Source: Camelus dromedarius (lineage: Eukaryota). Taken from it: DNA of 64,000 bases. This document shows, piece by piece, positions 12,580 through 24,929 of this stretch. The stretch's first letter is position 1; each line of letters opens with the position of its first letter. Under the pieces are notes generated by a model that did no database searches, had not been told where the DNA came from, and worked only from the letters and a program-made list of their open reading frames with translations. The stretch spans positions 102,054,001 to 102,118,000 of the forward strand of contig NC_087472.1 in NCBI RefSeq assembly GCF_036321535.1. The letters run 5' to 3'. The translations under genes were made by a program, and so were the position numbers.

Positions 12580-13612
12580 AAAGGTGAGGTTGCAAACTGG
12601 CAATCCGTGGGCCCGAGCTGGCTCGCAGACATGTTTTGTTTGGCCGGCAGAATGTCAGCCTGCACAGTGGGGTTTTTTTCCCCCTCAGTGTTTTAAATTG
12701 GAAATAGTTGCCAACATATTAAACAAACAAGAAAAAAAGCAAGAATCCTTTGACAGATGTATTGCAAATAAGTTCTACTGTTTCGCAGCGTGCCAAAACC
12801 CTCTCAGCTGTGAATTTTGATAAACAGAAGTTCTTAATTTTAATGAAATCCAATTTATCAATCTTTTCCTTTATGCTGAGTGCTTTGTATGCCCTGTCTA
12901 AAAAAACTCTTTATGAAATTCATGAAGGTATTACCCTATGCTTTCTTCTCGCAGTTTTGTTGTTTTACCTTTCACATCTAGCTGTAGGACCCATATTGAA
13001 TTAATTTGGGGCTATGGTAGGGATCCAGGTTCATTTTTTTCCATGTGGATATCCAATTGCTCCAGCACCATTTATTGAAAAGATCATTCCACCCACTCCC
13101 CTTGCACTGGATTATGATGGTGAGTTTATTGTAAATCAAGGGATCGTATATGTGTGGATGTTTCTGGCCTCTCTATTCTGTACCACTGAGCTATTCGTCC
13201 AACATTTGCAACAATGCTACACTCTCAATTACTGTAACTTTACAGTAAGTCTTGAAATCTAGTAGGGGAAGTCTTCTGATTTGCTCTTCAAGATTATCTT
13301 GACTATTCATTGGGATGAACACTTAAAATCAGTGCATGTATGTATCTACGCTAAGCCTCAATAAAAGAAGTAAATAATGCAAAAGGGACTTTCTGGGAAG
13401 TTAAGGAAGATGAGATATTGAGCCTCTCTCAAGGAATCAGAAATCTAGCAACACAGGAGACTGCATGTCAATAGTCCAGGGTTGCCAAACAGCCACAGGC
13501 CCTTCCTCTCCATGCCTTCCACTGAGGCAGATGGGCCAATGCCACCTCTCATCCTACTCTTGACTAGCTTCACTCATTTACATAGCTGCTTGGACCCGGG
13601 AGGTATCTGAAC
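12580..13612. mobile_element. MER102-like hAT-Charlie element split by an L1 ORF2 fragment (about 12750-13370, minus strand)
   Basis: Start gaggttgcaaactggc..gggcc..gcagacatgttttgtttggcc and end cactcatttacatagctgcttggacc..aggtatctga; the middle carries L1 motifs. Confidence 0.6.
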
Positions 13613-13702
13613 TAAGGGACTAGTTTAGCAGAGTCTGTAGCTCCAGCCGTAAGTCTGGATAATGGAAGGAGATGGAGGGACGCCCAAGGGGCTCCTCTAG
13701 AG

Positions 13703-13907
13703 CAGGTTTGTCAACAGGGGCACTCCTGACATTTGGGGCCAGGTCATCTTGGTGGTGGGGGCTGGCCTGGACACTGTAGGATGGTTAGCAACACCCCTGG
13801 ATCTCACTAGATACCCTCCCAAACTGTGGCAGCCAAAACCATTTCTAGACATTGTCAAATGTTCCCCGGGGGGAAGAGACAGAATTGCACCCAGTTGAGA
13901 ACTCCTG
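13703..13907. mobile_element. MER20 hAT-Charlie element
   Basis: gacatttggggcca...cactgtaggatggttagca...tctagacattgtcaaatgttccc...ccagttgagaactcctg. Confidence 0.85.
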
Positions 13908-15829
13908 GCCTAGACCTAGAGCAGGAACAGAAAGGAAGAAGAGAGATCTGTAGGGGGTATGGGCACGAGGTTAGGACCACTGCCAGGACCCCCCCAGTTC
14001 CCACCTACCCACCTTCCCTCAGCCAGCAGAACAAGAGATCTATAAAGAGGAAGAGGAAGACTCTGACAGAGAAAGAGTGGACGGTGCAGCAGGGAGCTGT
14101 GAACAGGACTACTGCGTCACAAACTCCTAGGGGCATCTTTCACATAGACTACAACGTGAACAGTGTCCCCTAGAGTTGTACGATGTGATGACCCTAGATG
14201 TAAACTATTTAAAAACTCTCATCTCTCTAAATATTCTATAAATTCTGCCCTTTTCCCATTTCACCCCATTCTCCTTACAGACACACACACACGCCTCTTA
14301 TAATGATGTTTGGGGGAGAATTGAACGATCCTTCTATCAAGCTAATTCCTAGGAAGGATATCAGAGCCAGAAGTGACTCAGATAAAAACCTCAGTTTCTC
14401 CACCATTACTTCTGCCTCTCAGAATCCCCAGAAAGATCAAGATGCAGGCTCTCACCACACATGGGTTGAGGTTCAAGCCAATTTCATTTGCATTTCAAAG
14501 GTCCTGCATCACAGTTCTCTGTATCTGTATTTAATTTGCTTTGCTTTCCCTTTATTTCATTCCCCAAGCATTATCTTTCTTCCCCTTGGCTTTCCCTTCA
14601 GCCTCATAGCTTTGATTAAGTCAAACGCAAGGGTGGAGGCACATGCTCTACTCCGCAGTGATGCACAAGGATGGAGTGGTCCACCGCAGGTACAACAAGG
14701 GGTGCATTCTCTGTAGAAAATTTTAAAATAATGAAACCGACTAAAAGTCAGTCTGCTTTTATTATCAGCACGCACCAGCATTCCAAAATTGTTTAAACAT
14801 TCATCAAAGAAAAAATGCTCCCCCCCGCCAATATTCTTCTGGTTTACGTTCTAAATGATTACTGTAGTTATTGTCGTTTTTTAAAATAAATACATATTTT
14901 CATACATTTATACCATAAGCATAAGCAACATCAACAGAGAACATAAATATTACACACACACATACATATAATATTTGTGTCCTCTGCTGACATTGCTTTT
15001 GCCTGTAATGCTACAGAATACTCACAGGTGAACCTTGACAATTTTACACGGTTTCTGTGCCAATTACTTTTTTCTGCCAAATCTTCTAAGAGGATTTCAG
15101 GGCAAATAAAAGAAGGTATTACAATCTTACTCCAAAGATCTTTTTTTTCCATCTTTGAAAGAAAAATGCAGTGAGGGGAAAACCACTCAGATACCTGCAA
15201 ACACTAAATGTTGGCACTTCCAGAATACCTCATATTTACAAAACAATATGGCCAGGCTCTTTGAAGTTGGAGTTTGCCATGGAGATGCTGTGCTTAGAGC
15301 ATTTCTCCCCCAGGCTCAGGGATTTTTCAGAATTCTTAAGTAAACTTAACTGAGAATTCTTGTTCAAAAGGAATTGGATATTTTGGCTTCATCTCCAAAC
15401 TCTCCGTTTTTGCACTTTGATGAGCCTTCTTGCCAAAGAAAAAGGAGGGGTGGGGGGTCTTGCGCCTCTCAGTCATCTCAGGCCCCTGATATCCTCCCAC
15501 TGAAAGAAAGAGTTCAGGGGAGACAAAGTCTCACGTCATCCGATAGGACTCCTGCCTACCAGGCTTTAGGCCCTTGTGTTCTGGGCTTTGGTCCTTTGTC
15601 CAAAGACACGCCAGACGTGTAACAAATCAAACTAGGAGACTTGGTTCATGCCAGAAGCACAAGTTCACAGTCTTCCAGGGAAGCATTTCCCTTCCAAGGA
15701 GTAGAGAAAAAAAATTGGGAGAACATAAACCACTCCTTGAATATCAGTGAACTGACTTTATTCATTTGTGCTTAAATCTTGAAAGAGGCTGCAACAGCAG
15801 GGTGCTTTCTGCCTTCCGGTGACATGCAA

Positions 15830-16660
15830 GGCCTTCTTACCTGGCCTTGTGCCTGACTCTGGCCACTTCTCCTGCACTCATCCCTTCCACAAGAAAGTCT
15901 TTTTCAGTTCCCAGAATACAGCATGCTCTGATCCTGCCTTGCCTTAGCGCACACAGCTCCGTCTGCCCTGAACACCCTCTTCTTCTTGGTTAATGCCTAT
16001 CCCTCCTTTAAGACTTTTCCGTGAAGACTTCTTGGTTCCCCCCAGTCTGAATTATATGCCCCTCCTGTGTTCTCAAAGCAACCTGGCCTTCTGCCTTCTA
16101 GCGGAAACCGTGCTCACTACAACTTTTTCTTCTTGAGCTCACAGCTAGACTACATGTCCCAGCAACCCTTGTAGTTCACTGCTGTCATATGACTGAGTCC
16201 CAGGAAATGAAATATTCAGAGAAATTATGTGCATCACTTCTGTGCAGAGAAATTGTACCCTCACTACAGTTGTCTTTTCTCCACACACTAGCTAAGAAAA
16301 CAGTCTCTAGCCCTGGAGGGAGATGGGAGCACACATGGAAGGGGTCTGGGTCCCCACATAACCACAAAGTAAATGGCACAACTATGAACATCCGCTTGGA
16401 CTATACAGTGAGTGAGAAATGAAACTTTCATTGGGTGAAGCCACTGAACTCTTGGGGTTCTTTGTTGTAGACAGCAGTTAGCCAACTCTGACTAATACAT
16501 CACAGCACCCATCCCACACTGCCTTGCAAGTCATTTGTAGGTCTCCATGAGCTCCTTAAGGGAAGGAATTCTATCCTGTAGGTCTCATCTCTAGCTCCTA
16601 ACAAAGTGTTTGATACACAGTAGGGGCTCAGTAGATAGCTGTGGAAGGAAGGTCAGGAGG
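15830..16660 (+). mobile_element. L2 3' fragment interrupted by an MLT1J-like LTR (~16110-16499)
   Basis: L2-like pyrimidine-rich body ending acacagtaggggctcagtagata; the LTR ends aagccactgaa...ctgactaataca. Confidence 0.6.
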
Positions 16661-16810
16661 GGGAACTAACTCATGAATGGACACTGTAGCACAGCAAAGT
16701 CTGCCCTGGGAACATTGTTATCCTTTGCTCAGAATTAGCTGAGACCCTAGATAAATCAGTTTGGCCTGTCTGCACCAGTTTCCTTGACTGTAAAATGTGG
16801 TTGGCTAGAT

Positions 16811-16996
16811 CAGTAGTTCAACTTTAGTGAGCAATCACTCTTACCCAGAGGGCTTGTTAACAGGAAGATTGCCGGGCCCACTCCCAGAGTTCCTAATTCA
16901 GTGGGTCCAGGGTAGGTCCCAATGATTTGCATTTCTAATCAGTTCCCTGATGATGCCGATACTGCGGGTCTGGGGACCACACTTGGGACCCACTTG
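16811..16996. mobile_element. MER5A hAT-Charlie element
   Basis: gggcccactcccagagttcctaattcagtgggtc...tttgcatttctaa.cagttccc..tgatgc...ggggaccacactt. Confidence 0.85.
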
Positions 16997-17689
16997 CCTA
17001 GATGGTCTCCAATCTCTTGTATCTCTAAGGTGAGTGACCCAGTGATCCTCACCAGTGCTTGGAAACAGTCAGGGCCTGCTGGCCTCCAGTGGCCAAGCTT
17101 ATGAGCCAAATCATAAATGATTTTTCCAGAGTTAGTTTGGCATGTGGAACTACTAGATTGGAAATATCCTATGTGTAGTCCATTTGCATTCACAGTACAG
17201 AATAAAAACCTGGTAGGAGACTGGTGCCTCCCAAAATTATTTAAATTTTAAAGATAAGAAACTGCAACTGGAGTGCCAGATTACTTGGTTGGGATTTCAA
17301 GCCAAACCTCCCCGATTCCTCCCCTCCACTTGCACTCTCTTATGGGACATTATAATGGGAAATTTTCTGAACACAAAGAACACCAACAAGATGAAGCAAA
17401 TAACCCGATGGTACTTAAGCCAAGTTTTCAGTTCAGTGGCTCTTTAAAATGCACTGTGCGTTAGCCAAGACATCCCATGACTGCCCAGTGTTTACTGTGT
17501 ACAGATATTTAAGGACCTAGCTCAGCTCACCAGGAGGTGAAAATAACCAAATCTCCGACTTTGATTTAATGGGGGAAAACCTCCAACACCTTTTCACATC
17601 ACTTGCATTATATGTACAAGACCAAATGCAGACCACAGTACACAGATTGACACCAAGACTCCATAAAAGCCACACTTAGTTATCACACA

Positions 17690-17695
17690 TTTATT
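17690..17695 (-). terminator. Distal polyadenylation signal AATAAA of REPS2
   Basis: tttatt on the + strand. On the minus strand it is preceded by UGUA (~17727) and followed ~20 nt later by a GU/U-rich tract (gtgtggcttttatggagtcttggtgt). Confidence 0.7.
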
Positions 17696-20600
17696 TTGTA
17701 ACACAGCACCCCAGTTTCACAGCATGTACATTTTTCAAGGTTGGAGATTCTTGACCTACTATGTTCTCCACAGACTTTCCAACAAGTGTGAAAGAGAGGC
17801 AGTAAGGTTAGCTTGAGTCTACAAGTCACAATCCAAATATAGGACACCCTATATTTATTTATGTCTAAGATCAATATACATAGAGTTCCCAATGCTTAGC
17901 AAATGAATGAGACTCTGGCTGAGTAAATTATCATGAAAAGACAGAAGGCATCAAATATATACTTTGCTGCTACTCATTTTACTGTTCAATGTACCTGTAG
18001 TGAAAAAATACACATTTTTACTTTCAAGGTTAAAATAGACCATCAGTCAGCTCATTATCTCTCCGGGCCCACGGCTACGAAGACTAAGATGGTTCCTCCC
18101 ATCTCTCGCTCACTGGAACGTTGTATTTGTGCTGAAGACAGAGGGAATGGCAGTGCTAAAGAAAAGGGCACACCCGCTTCCCACCCGGCTGCAGTTGAAG
18201 CCCTCACTCAAGTTGTCTTAAAACAACAGAAACAACACAACTCAGTGGATCCAATCTCCATACAACTGCATGACCTGTTCCGTTCCCAAGGCCAAGCTCC
18301 CTGAAGGAGCTTTCGGACCCAGTCCTGTTGCCCAAAAGACTGCTTCACGATGGAACTGGGACCAGAAGTTTCCCTACTGCAGCCCTCAAGTTCCGATTCA
18401 AGCCCTCTTCCGGCAGCCCAGGGTCCTCTGGTCTTCAGGATTATAAACCACTTTCTCCAACCTCCCACGGTCGTGAATTTAGCTTAGAGCAAGACAGGAG
18501 AACCCACAAAACAGAAAATAAACACTGCCCAAGTGTTGAAAGCAGAGCAAGGCTTCTGTAACTAGAACAAGTCCTGTCAATCAAGACCCTGTAATGCCTT
18601 TTGGAAAGGTTCCTTTATCACCACGTGTTCGTAAGCGTAGAAAATAACTGGACAAGCCTAAAAGCAACCGTGCATCTGGGATGTCTTGTTCACAGTAACG
18701 GACTGGCTGTTTCGGGGAACGCTTGGTAAGGCGACCTTTGAAAGCCTACTTTGTAGGGTGGTGGGGGAAGCAGCTAAGAATCTGCTTGTGTTGCTTTTAA
18801 AGCCTGGCCCTCCATGACTGCTGTTCTTCCAGTTGCTCTCGGGAGGGTCATCTAGCTGCATTTCTCACCGCAACCAAGCAAAGCTGGGTGGCTCGGAGAG
18901 TAAGGCTCACAGAAACTGCCACCAATGGCTGAGCTGTTGACATTGGTGGGCAGTCTCTCTTAGCCTTAGCCAGAGGGGAAGCAAGATACGCCACCTCGGG
19001 ACTCCCAAAGCCTACAGCCCCACCTCTTACCAGGAACATCACCCACACTGAGTCATGAGGCAAAGAACCAACAAAGCACCCGTAACTAAAGTGTCGATTC
19101 AAGTGAGCCTTTGAAATCAGTCTTAAAAGAGGACACTTGAAACAGAGTAAACCAGTTGGAAACAGAAACCAAAGTTACTAGCATTCTATATAAACTAGAA
19201 GAGAAAAAGACCTCGCAACTAAAATTCCACTATGTTCACACAGATAATGTTCAAACCACAACAGAGCCCTACTTGTCAGTAATATGGGAAGATCTGGTTG
19301 CTATGATACTTCTAATTCTTTTAAAAATATTTAAAAAATCACATCCCCTTGGTGATATCTTGTCAGGAGGTGTGATTCTAATTTGTGTAGAACAAATGTT
19401 TTTAGCTCTAAGGTGTTACACTGAAACTGAGATCTTTCCAACTACTACATTTGCAAATGCCTGTCTTAATTGCAAGAAAAACATCCATTCCAGATTATTT
19501 TCTTATTGATCTTCTGAGTACACATCTATCATTATCATGGTTGTGAGTTCATTTAAGAAAGAGACAAATCATTTAGAAACAGACTAGAATCAGGTCGCAG
19601 ATGAAGAGAATGCTTTATGATAGTTCAGACATTACTAGGAAATCAAAGAAAAATTCATGTTTTTGATTACTCACCCTAAACTATGCTGAAATTGAATACC
19701 TGCAACCCAAGTAACCCAATATATACTGAAGAAAACTATAACTTACTACATATTGAGATCATTTCAATCACAGTAGTCTATTTTAAAAACAAACTCCCAC
19801 AAGGAATACAGGAATGGAATCCATTCAAAGCAACAGCTGTCAAAAGTTCTGCCAAGAAACTCAGGGTAATTTATTGCATCATGAAAGGCGAGGTGTTCAG
19901 GAGAACGAATAGTTCAATCATACTCTTTCCCTTCAGATTTTATTTTTTTGTCTCAATCCAAGAGAAAGATCTAGCTCTAAAACTCATTAAAACATATTTT
20001 CATATTTTAAGACTGATTAATTAAGTAAGTAAAAGTCAACATGGTAAAGAGATGAAACCCTTCTAATCTATTTTTTAGTAATGCTAGAGGCTAGAGAACT
20101 CAACTTAGAATCCGAAAAATCCCAACTCTGCCACTAGCTACCTCCTTCTATGGATTCTTGGGCTAGGAACTGTGGTTTCTTAGGACCCTAGTCTCCCCAC
20201 AAGCAACTGCAGGTATAGGAACAGGTCCTCTCACCAGTGACATCCTATTGTCCAATGATAGTAAAATGGGCATAGCCTGCAGCTACGATGCGTCTTCTCC
20301 CAGTGAGACCCAAAGCACTTCTCTAATATTTGTAAAGCAGCCAGATCCTTCCAACTAAGGCAAAGGTCTGCCTTGAATACAACGCACGCCTCCATTCCAG
20401 ATATCGACCTTTGGGTTTTGCTTCACGTCTGCTGGAGAGGGGGGTAGTGAAGGTAGTATGCCACCCACCAGAGACACCGAGGTGCCCAGTAAACCGGCTA
20501 TCTACGCCCACTGTGCTTTCATCCTTGGGACTATGGAACTCCCAAGGGGGAAAACCACTTAACATAAGGTTATTAAACCCCCACAGGTGGGGCAACATCA

Positions 20601-20810
20601 ACTTTCTGTCCACAGAATTCTGCCCAATACGCAAGTCTTATTTTTGAGTAGTTTTGTAGAAATGATATAATGGTGATATCAATAACCAGCCTTCTGAGAA
20701 ATCACATTAAAGACTCACAGAAATATTACCAGGAGTATAATCCTAAATTAAAAGTAAACATCCTAAGAGAACAGAAGTAGATGAGGAGGACTAGTTAGGT
20801 AATAATAACC

Positions 20811-20832
20811 GTGTGTGTGTGTGTGTGTGTGT
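20811..20832. repeat. (GT)11 microsatellite in the 3' UTR
   Basis: Direct reading. Confidence 0.9.
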
Positions 20833-23073
20833 ATTTAATTGGTTTGTTTTAAAATCCACATCTGGGCAACTAAGAACCTGTGGTCACTGTTAAGTCTAGT
20901 CAGGAAGGTCGGGTGTGGATATTACTGGTGTGCACTTTAATGCAATCCCTATCTTAAAATATTGGTGAGACTACACAACTCATGAGACTTTGATTGTCCA
21001 ATGCATGTTTTTTCGTTTAATGAAAACCAAGCCAACTAAACAAAACCCCAGCCTCCTAATTTGGCTCACTCTGGTCGTGACTTGATGGGGAAAAAAACAT
21101 GTCAATATTTTTTAAATGCATAACACAGACTAACATTCTTTAGTTTATATGTCTGCTTAATGGCTATGAAGTGCTATCTCGAGTGTGTGCATATGTACTG
21201 GCAGATCAGGAGATAAAGTGCACATGCTTGTCTTTCTTGGACTGAATGGAACAAAAGGCAAACATGATGTGAAATGTCTGCGACAAGGACACTGCTGATA
21301 AAATGTGCTGCAGCCCCCAGATCTCGGAACATGCAAAAAGAGGTTACCTAAAAAATGTGCACTCACCCATTCACAATCTTTGGAAGGGTTTACACTAACT
21401 CTGAACCCTTTCCACAGAGATAAAAAAAAAAGGCTGCCAAAAGGGCAGGAAAGAGGGGCTAGAGAAAGAGTTCAAGGTTTGTGATTTTCAAAATCAAAGC
21501 AATTCAAAATCCCTTATTAGACCGGAATCAACAACTTGTTTTTCTTTAGAAACACATCATGTTTGAGCCTCTCCTGCCATTAAGCTATTGATAAAGCTTG
21601 CCAATGGAATAAGGAAGCATTAAATAAATGCCTACTTTTTCAAAAAGCAGTTGACTTTATTGAAATCAAAGGCTTAATCCTACATACTGCAAAACTACCC
21701 TAAACCACTTCAGAGAGGACCCTAGGCACACCCCACCCCTTGATCCTAAGAACGAGTAAATTAGCAAAATGCACGAGAGACAGCATTTCCTGCCATCGGT
21801 CTCTTGAAGTGATGTGAAAGCCGGCAGGCCTGATCACTGTGAGGGTCAGGGCTTTCAGGACAAGCAGCACCTATGTAAATTTCTATCGAATACTGGCTTC
21901 TGCAATTTGAGCTGACTGCTTTACATCACTTACACTGCAGTCGGCTGGGCTCCCTGGACTGCACATCAACTGATCACTTCCCAAGGGGACCTTCACAGAG
22001 AACAAACTAGTCCTACACCCAGTGTGAGGATCGGCTTTCCTTCATTATTTCTTCATATCCAATACACTCACAATCCAGGTTAAAATAACAAAGACAAAAA
22101 TAACTACCAGAGATTGTTGGATTGCTGGTAACAACCATTTGCCCTTCTTCCCTAGTTTGAATACCTGGGTTCAAACAACAAATATTTATCAGTTCCTTAG
22201 CCTTAGCCTTTCATATTTGATGGGTAGTTTCAAATTCATGCATTTACAGATATGTTAACCCATGCAGGACAAAAGTAGAGATCTGGCAACTGTTTATTTA
22301 ATTTGATCGGGCAAGGCAGTGAGGCCAAATTGCTCTTGCCCAAAATTTTACATGAAAGGGCTGAGTTATCTGGGTTGACGGCCGAGCTGGGCCAAGTTAA
22401 ATAGATCATGGACAAAACTACTGCTTTACAGAGGTGTAAAGGCTGAATAAGTCTTTGCCATTCAACAGAAAACAATAGTCATGTATTATTTATAGCTAGA
22501 TATAATATCGAGATGGCACTAGAGAAGCAATTTTTGGCATATAGTGGTGGAGGGCACAGTGCCAGTCTTAATCTGATGCTTTTGTTCTATTCTAGTTTTT
22601 GTTTTTATTAACATCATGCCAAAGACTATCCAGTTAGAATCGCAATTATTCAGGAAATCAACCTACTGTATATGACATAAATACAAAAATAAAACACGCA
22701 TCCTGAAGGTACTGGATTATAAGGTTTTGTACAAATCATAAATTCTTTAAATAAATAATGCTCTAAATTGTTTTGATTTGCTAGAAGATTGGTTTTTGGT
22801 GAGGAGTAACATCTAACACCTCGAAGAAGTACTTAAGGATGGGAGATAAATTCCACTGATAATTACAATTTCAAGTGTGATAATCAGCTGTATTTTTTTC
22901 CATCAGAGTAAAATGTACACATGAAGTACAAGAGAAAAGGTGATACAGATTATATTCCGCCGCTCACAGGTTTTGACACAGTCTCAGATATCTATGACAA
23001 GTAGTTGGGTTGAAATATTCAAAGGAAAGCTCTTGGCAGAAAAGGTCACCCACTGTTACTTGAATCTTGGAGG

Positions 23074-23142
23074 TCACAACACAGTGACTGGACGAAGTTG
23101 TTCCAATTGGTTTTCCAATGCAATCCGTTCTTGATGAACCTC
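23074..23142 (-). CDS. REPS2: REPS2 last coding exon portion (EVHQERIALENQLEQLRPVTVL*)
   Basis: Acceptor ttgttttgtacaactcag, then 22 codons and TGA (23074-23076). The C-terminus RPVTVL distinguishes REPS2 from REPS1. Confidence 0.95.
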   Translation of the reverse strand, partial: EVHQERIALENQLEQLRPVTVL

Positions 23143-23859
23143 CTGAGTTGTACAAAACAAAGAGAAGAAAGGAGTCATTTCTTGGGTTCATCCGTATTTC
23201 ATCAGGTATTAAAAAGAAACTCAAGACTGGACACACAAGCATTTAAGTGCACATGACTCAAGGACAAGTGGACTGGAAGGCATCATATTTAAAGCTGATG
23301 ACCAGACAGAGGAGGCTTCACAATTCAGTCTCTCAGCTCCTTTCTGAAGATGATGAAATGAACCTGAGTGACCAACCCCTCACAAACCTCATGGCTAAAT
23401 CTCACCCTCCAGTTTAACAGGATCCGTGGCTGCCACCAAATGACGTTAAAAATTAAGACTGATTGGGAGGAAGTGGAAAAGCAAAAGTAGACGCCTCATA
23501 CGAAGAGGTGAGCCATGAGGACAACACTTTAGTTGCAATCTCTCGTTTCTAATCCAGGGCCATGCTTGATCAGGTCTGAGAGATGAGAAAGTGCACGGGT
23601 CATCCTCCCACCAAAGTATCATCCAGGCTCCTGCACAACACATGGCTTCTTGGCTAAAGGCAGAAAAGAGGATCCACAATCTGCTATTTGGGAATTCAAA
23701 CTTGCAGCCCTAAAATAGATTTGTTGGCAGGGAGAGAGGGGGACACATAAAGGCATTTGCAAGTAGAATCAGTCAAGGTGGGAAAAAATTCTGTACAAAG
23801 GCTAAATTCTGAGATGCCCCAGAAGAACCAACATGCTTAACAGTGCAGAACTCAACAAG

Positions 23860-24910
23860 CGTTTGTTTATCCACTCACCCTTCCACCTCTCCAGCCAATA
23901 GTCTTTGAGGATCTACCTACTATGGGCCAGATTCTGCTCTAAAAGTGATGATACCACCAAGGAACAAGACAGATCAAACCAATGCCCTCAGAGGGCTTAT
24001 ACACAAATGGCTAGAGAAAGACAGTAAGTTAAAGAACATGGTAACTTCCAGAAAGAAATAAGATGACATAAGAGAGTAATGGGGAATCTAGAAGAAAGGT
24101 GGTCAGGGAAGGGTTCTCAGAAGTGATGCTATGGAACAGAGACTTGAATTAAGTGAGAGGTGAGCCATGTGAAGATATGGGAGAAGGGTATTCAGGGAAA
24201 CAAAATGGCAACTGCAAAGGCCCCAAAGCAGGGAATGAACTTGGTGTGTCTGATGAACAAAAAGGCCCATGTGACCAGATCAGAGGGAGCAACTGAGACA
24301 CTGGCAGGAGTAAAAGTCAGAGAGTTAGGTAGGATGTTGTGGGCAGAGTAAGGAGTGTGGATGTCATTCAAAGAGTTGGGGTACAGCAATGAGAGTTCTG
24401 AATCAGGAAAGACACACAGTTTAATTCAGAATTCTCACTTTGGCTACTATGTAGACAATGGATTATAGCAGGACAAGAGTAGAAGCAGGGAGCGGCTGGA
24501 AGGTTATTGCATGGACCCAGGTGAGAAATGAAAGTGGCTTAGATGAGGGTAGCAGCCATAAAGATACAAGTGGATGGATTCTAGATATATTTTAAATCTA
24601 GAACTGATAGGATGTGTTGATGAAGTTGATGTAGGAAAGAAGGAAGGGGATTTTGGATTGAGCAAGTGGGTGGCTGGTAGCGTGGTATTAAATGAGAACA
24701 AGAAGACTGGATGAGAAATGGGCATTTCAAGGAGAGGGTTGGCAATTAAGCATCTGAGATATATATTAGATATATTAGGAGAAAAGCAGTTGTAAATGCA
24801 TGTGTAGAGTTCAGAAGAAAGAGATATAGGACTTGAGACATAAATTTAGGATCACTAGGTCATGGATGGTCTTCAAAGCCACAGGACTGTGTAACATCAC
24901 CTAGTAAAAT
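23860..24910 (-). mobile_element. L2 LINE 3' fragment (resumes at about 35060-35460 and 35950-36080)
   Basis: Purine-rich L2 reverse-strand motifs (cctactatgggccag, gtggtcagggaagg, gagccatgtgaagat, gatggattctagatatatttt). Confidence 0.75.
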
Positions 24911-24929
24911 AATATACACAGAGGTTACG

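Larger units (their letters stand above)
17670..23073 (-). other. REPS2: REPS2 long 3' UTR (~5.4 kb)
   Basis: Follows the stop codon. Essentially free of recognisable transposons, unlike its flanks. Bounded by a poly(A) signal; the exact end is inferred. Confidence 0.7.

Noticed and set aside
18294..18312. Hairpin aagctcc-ctgaa-ggagctt in the 3' UTR
   Set aside because: A 7-bp stem is expected by chance in a window this size and is too short for a pre-miRNA.
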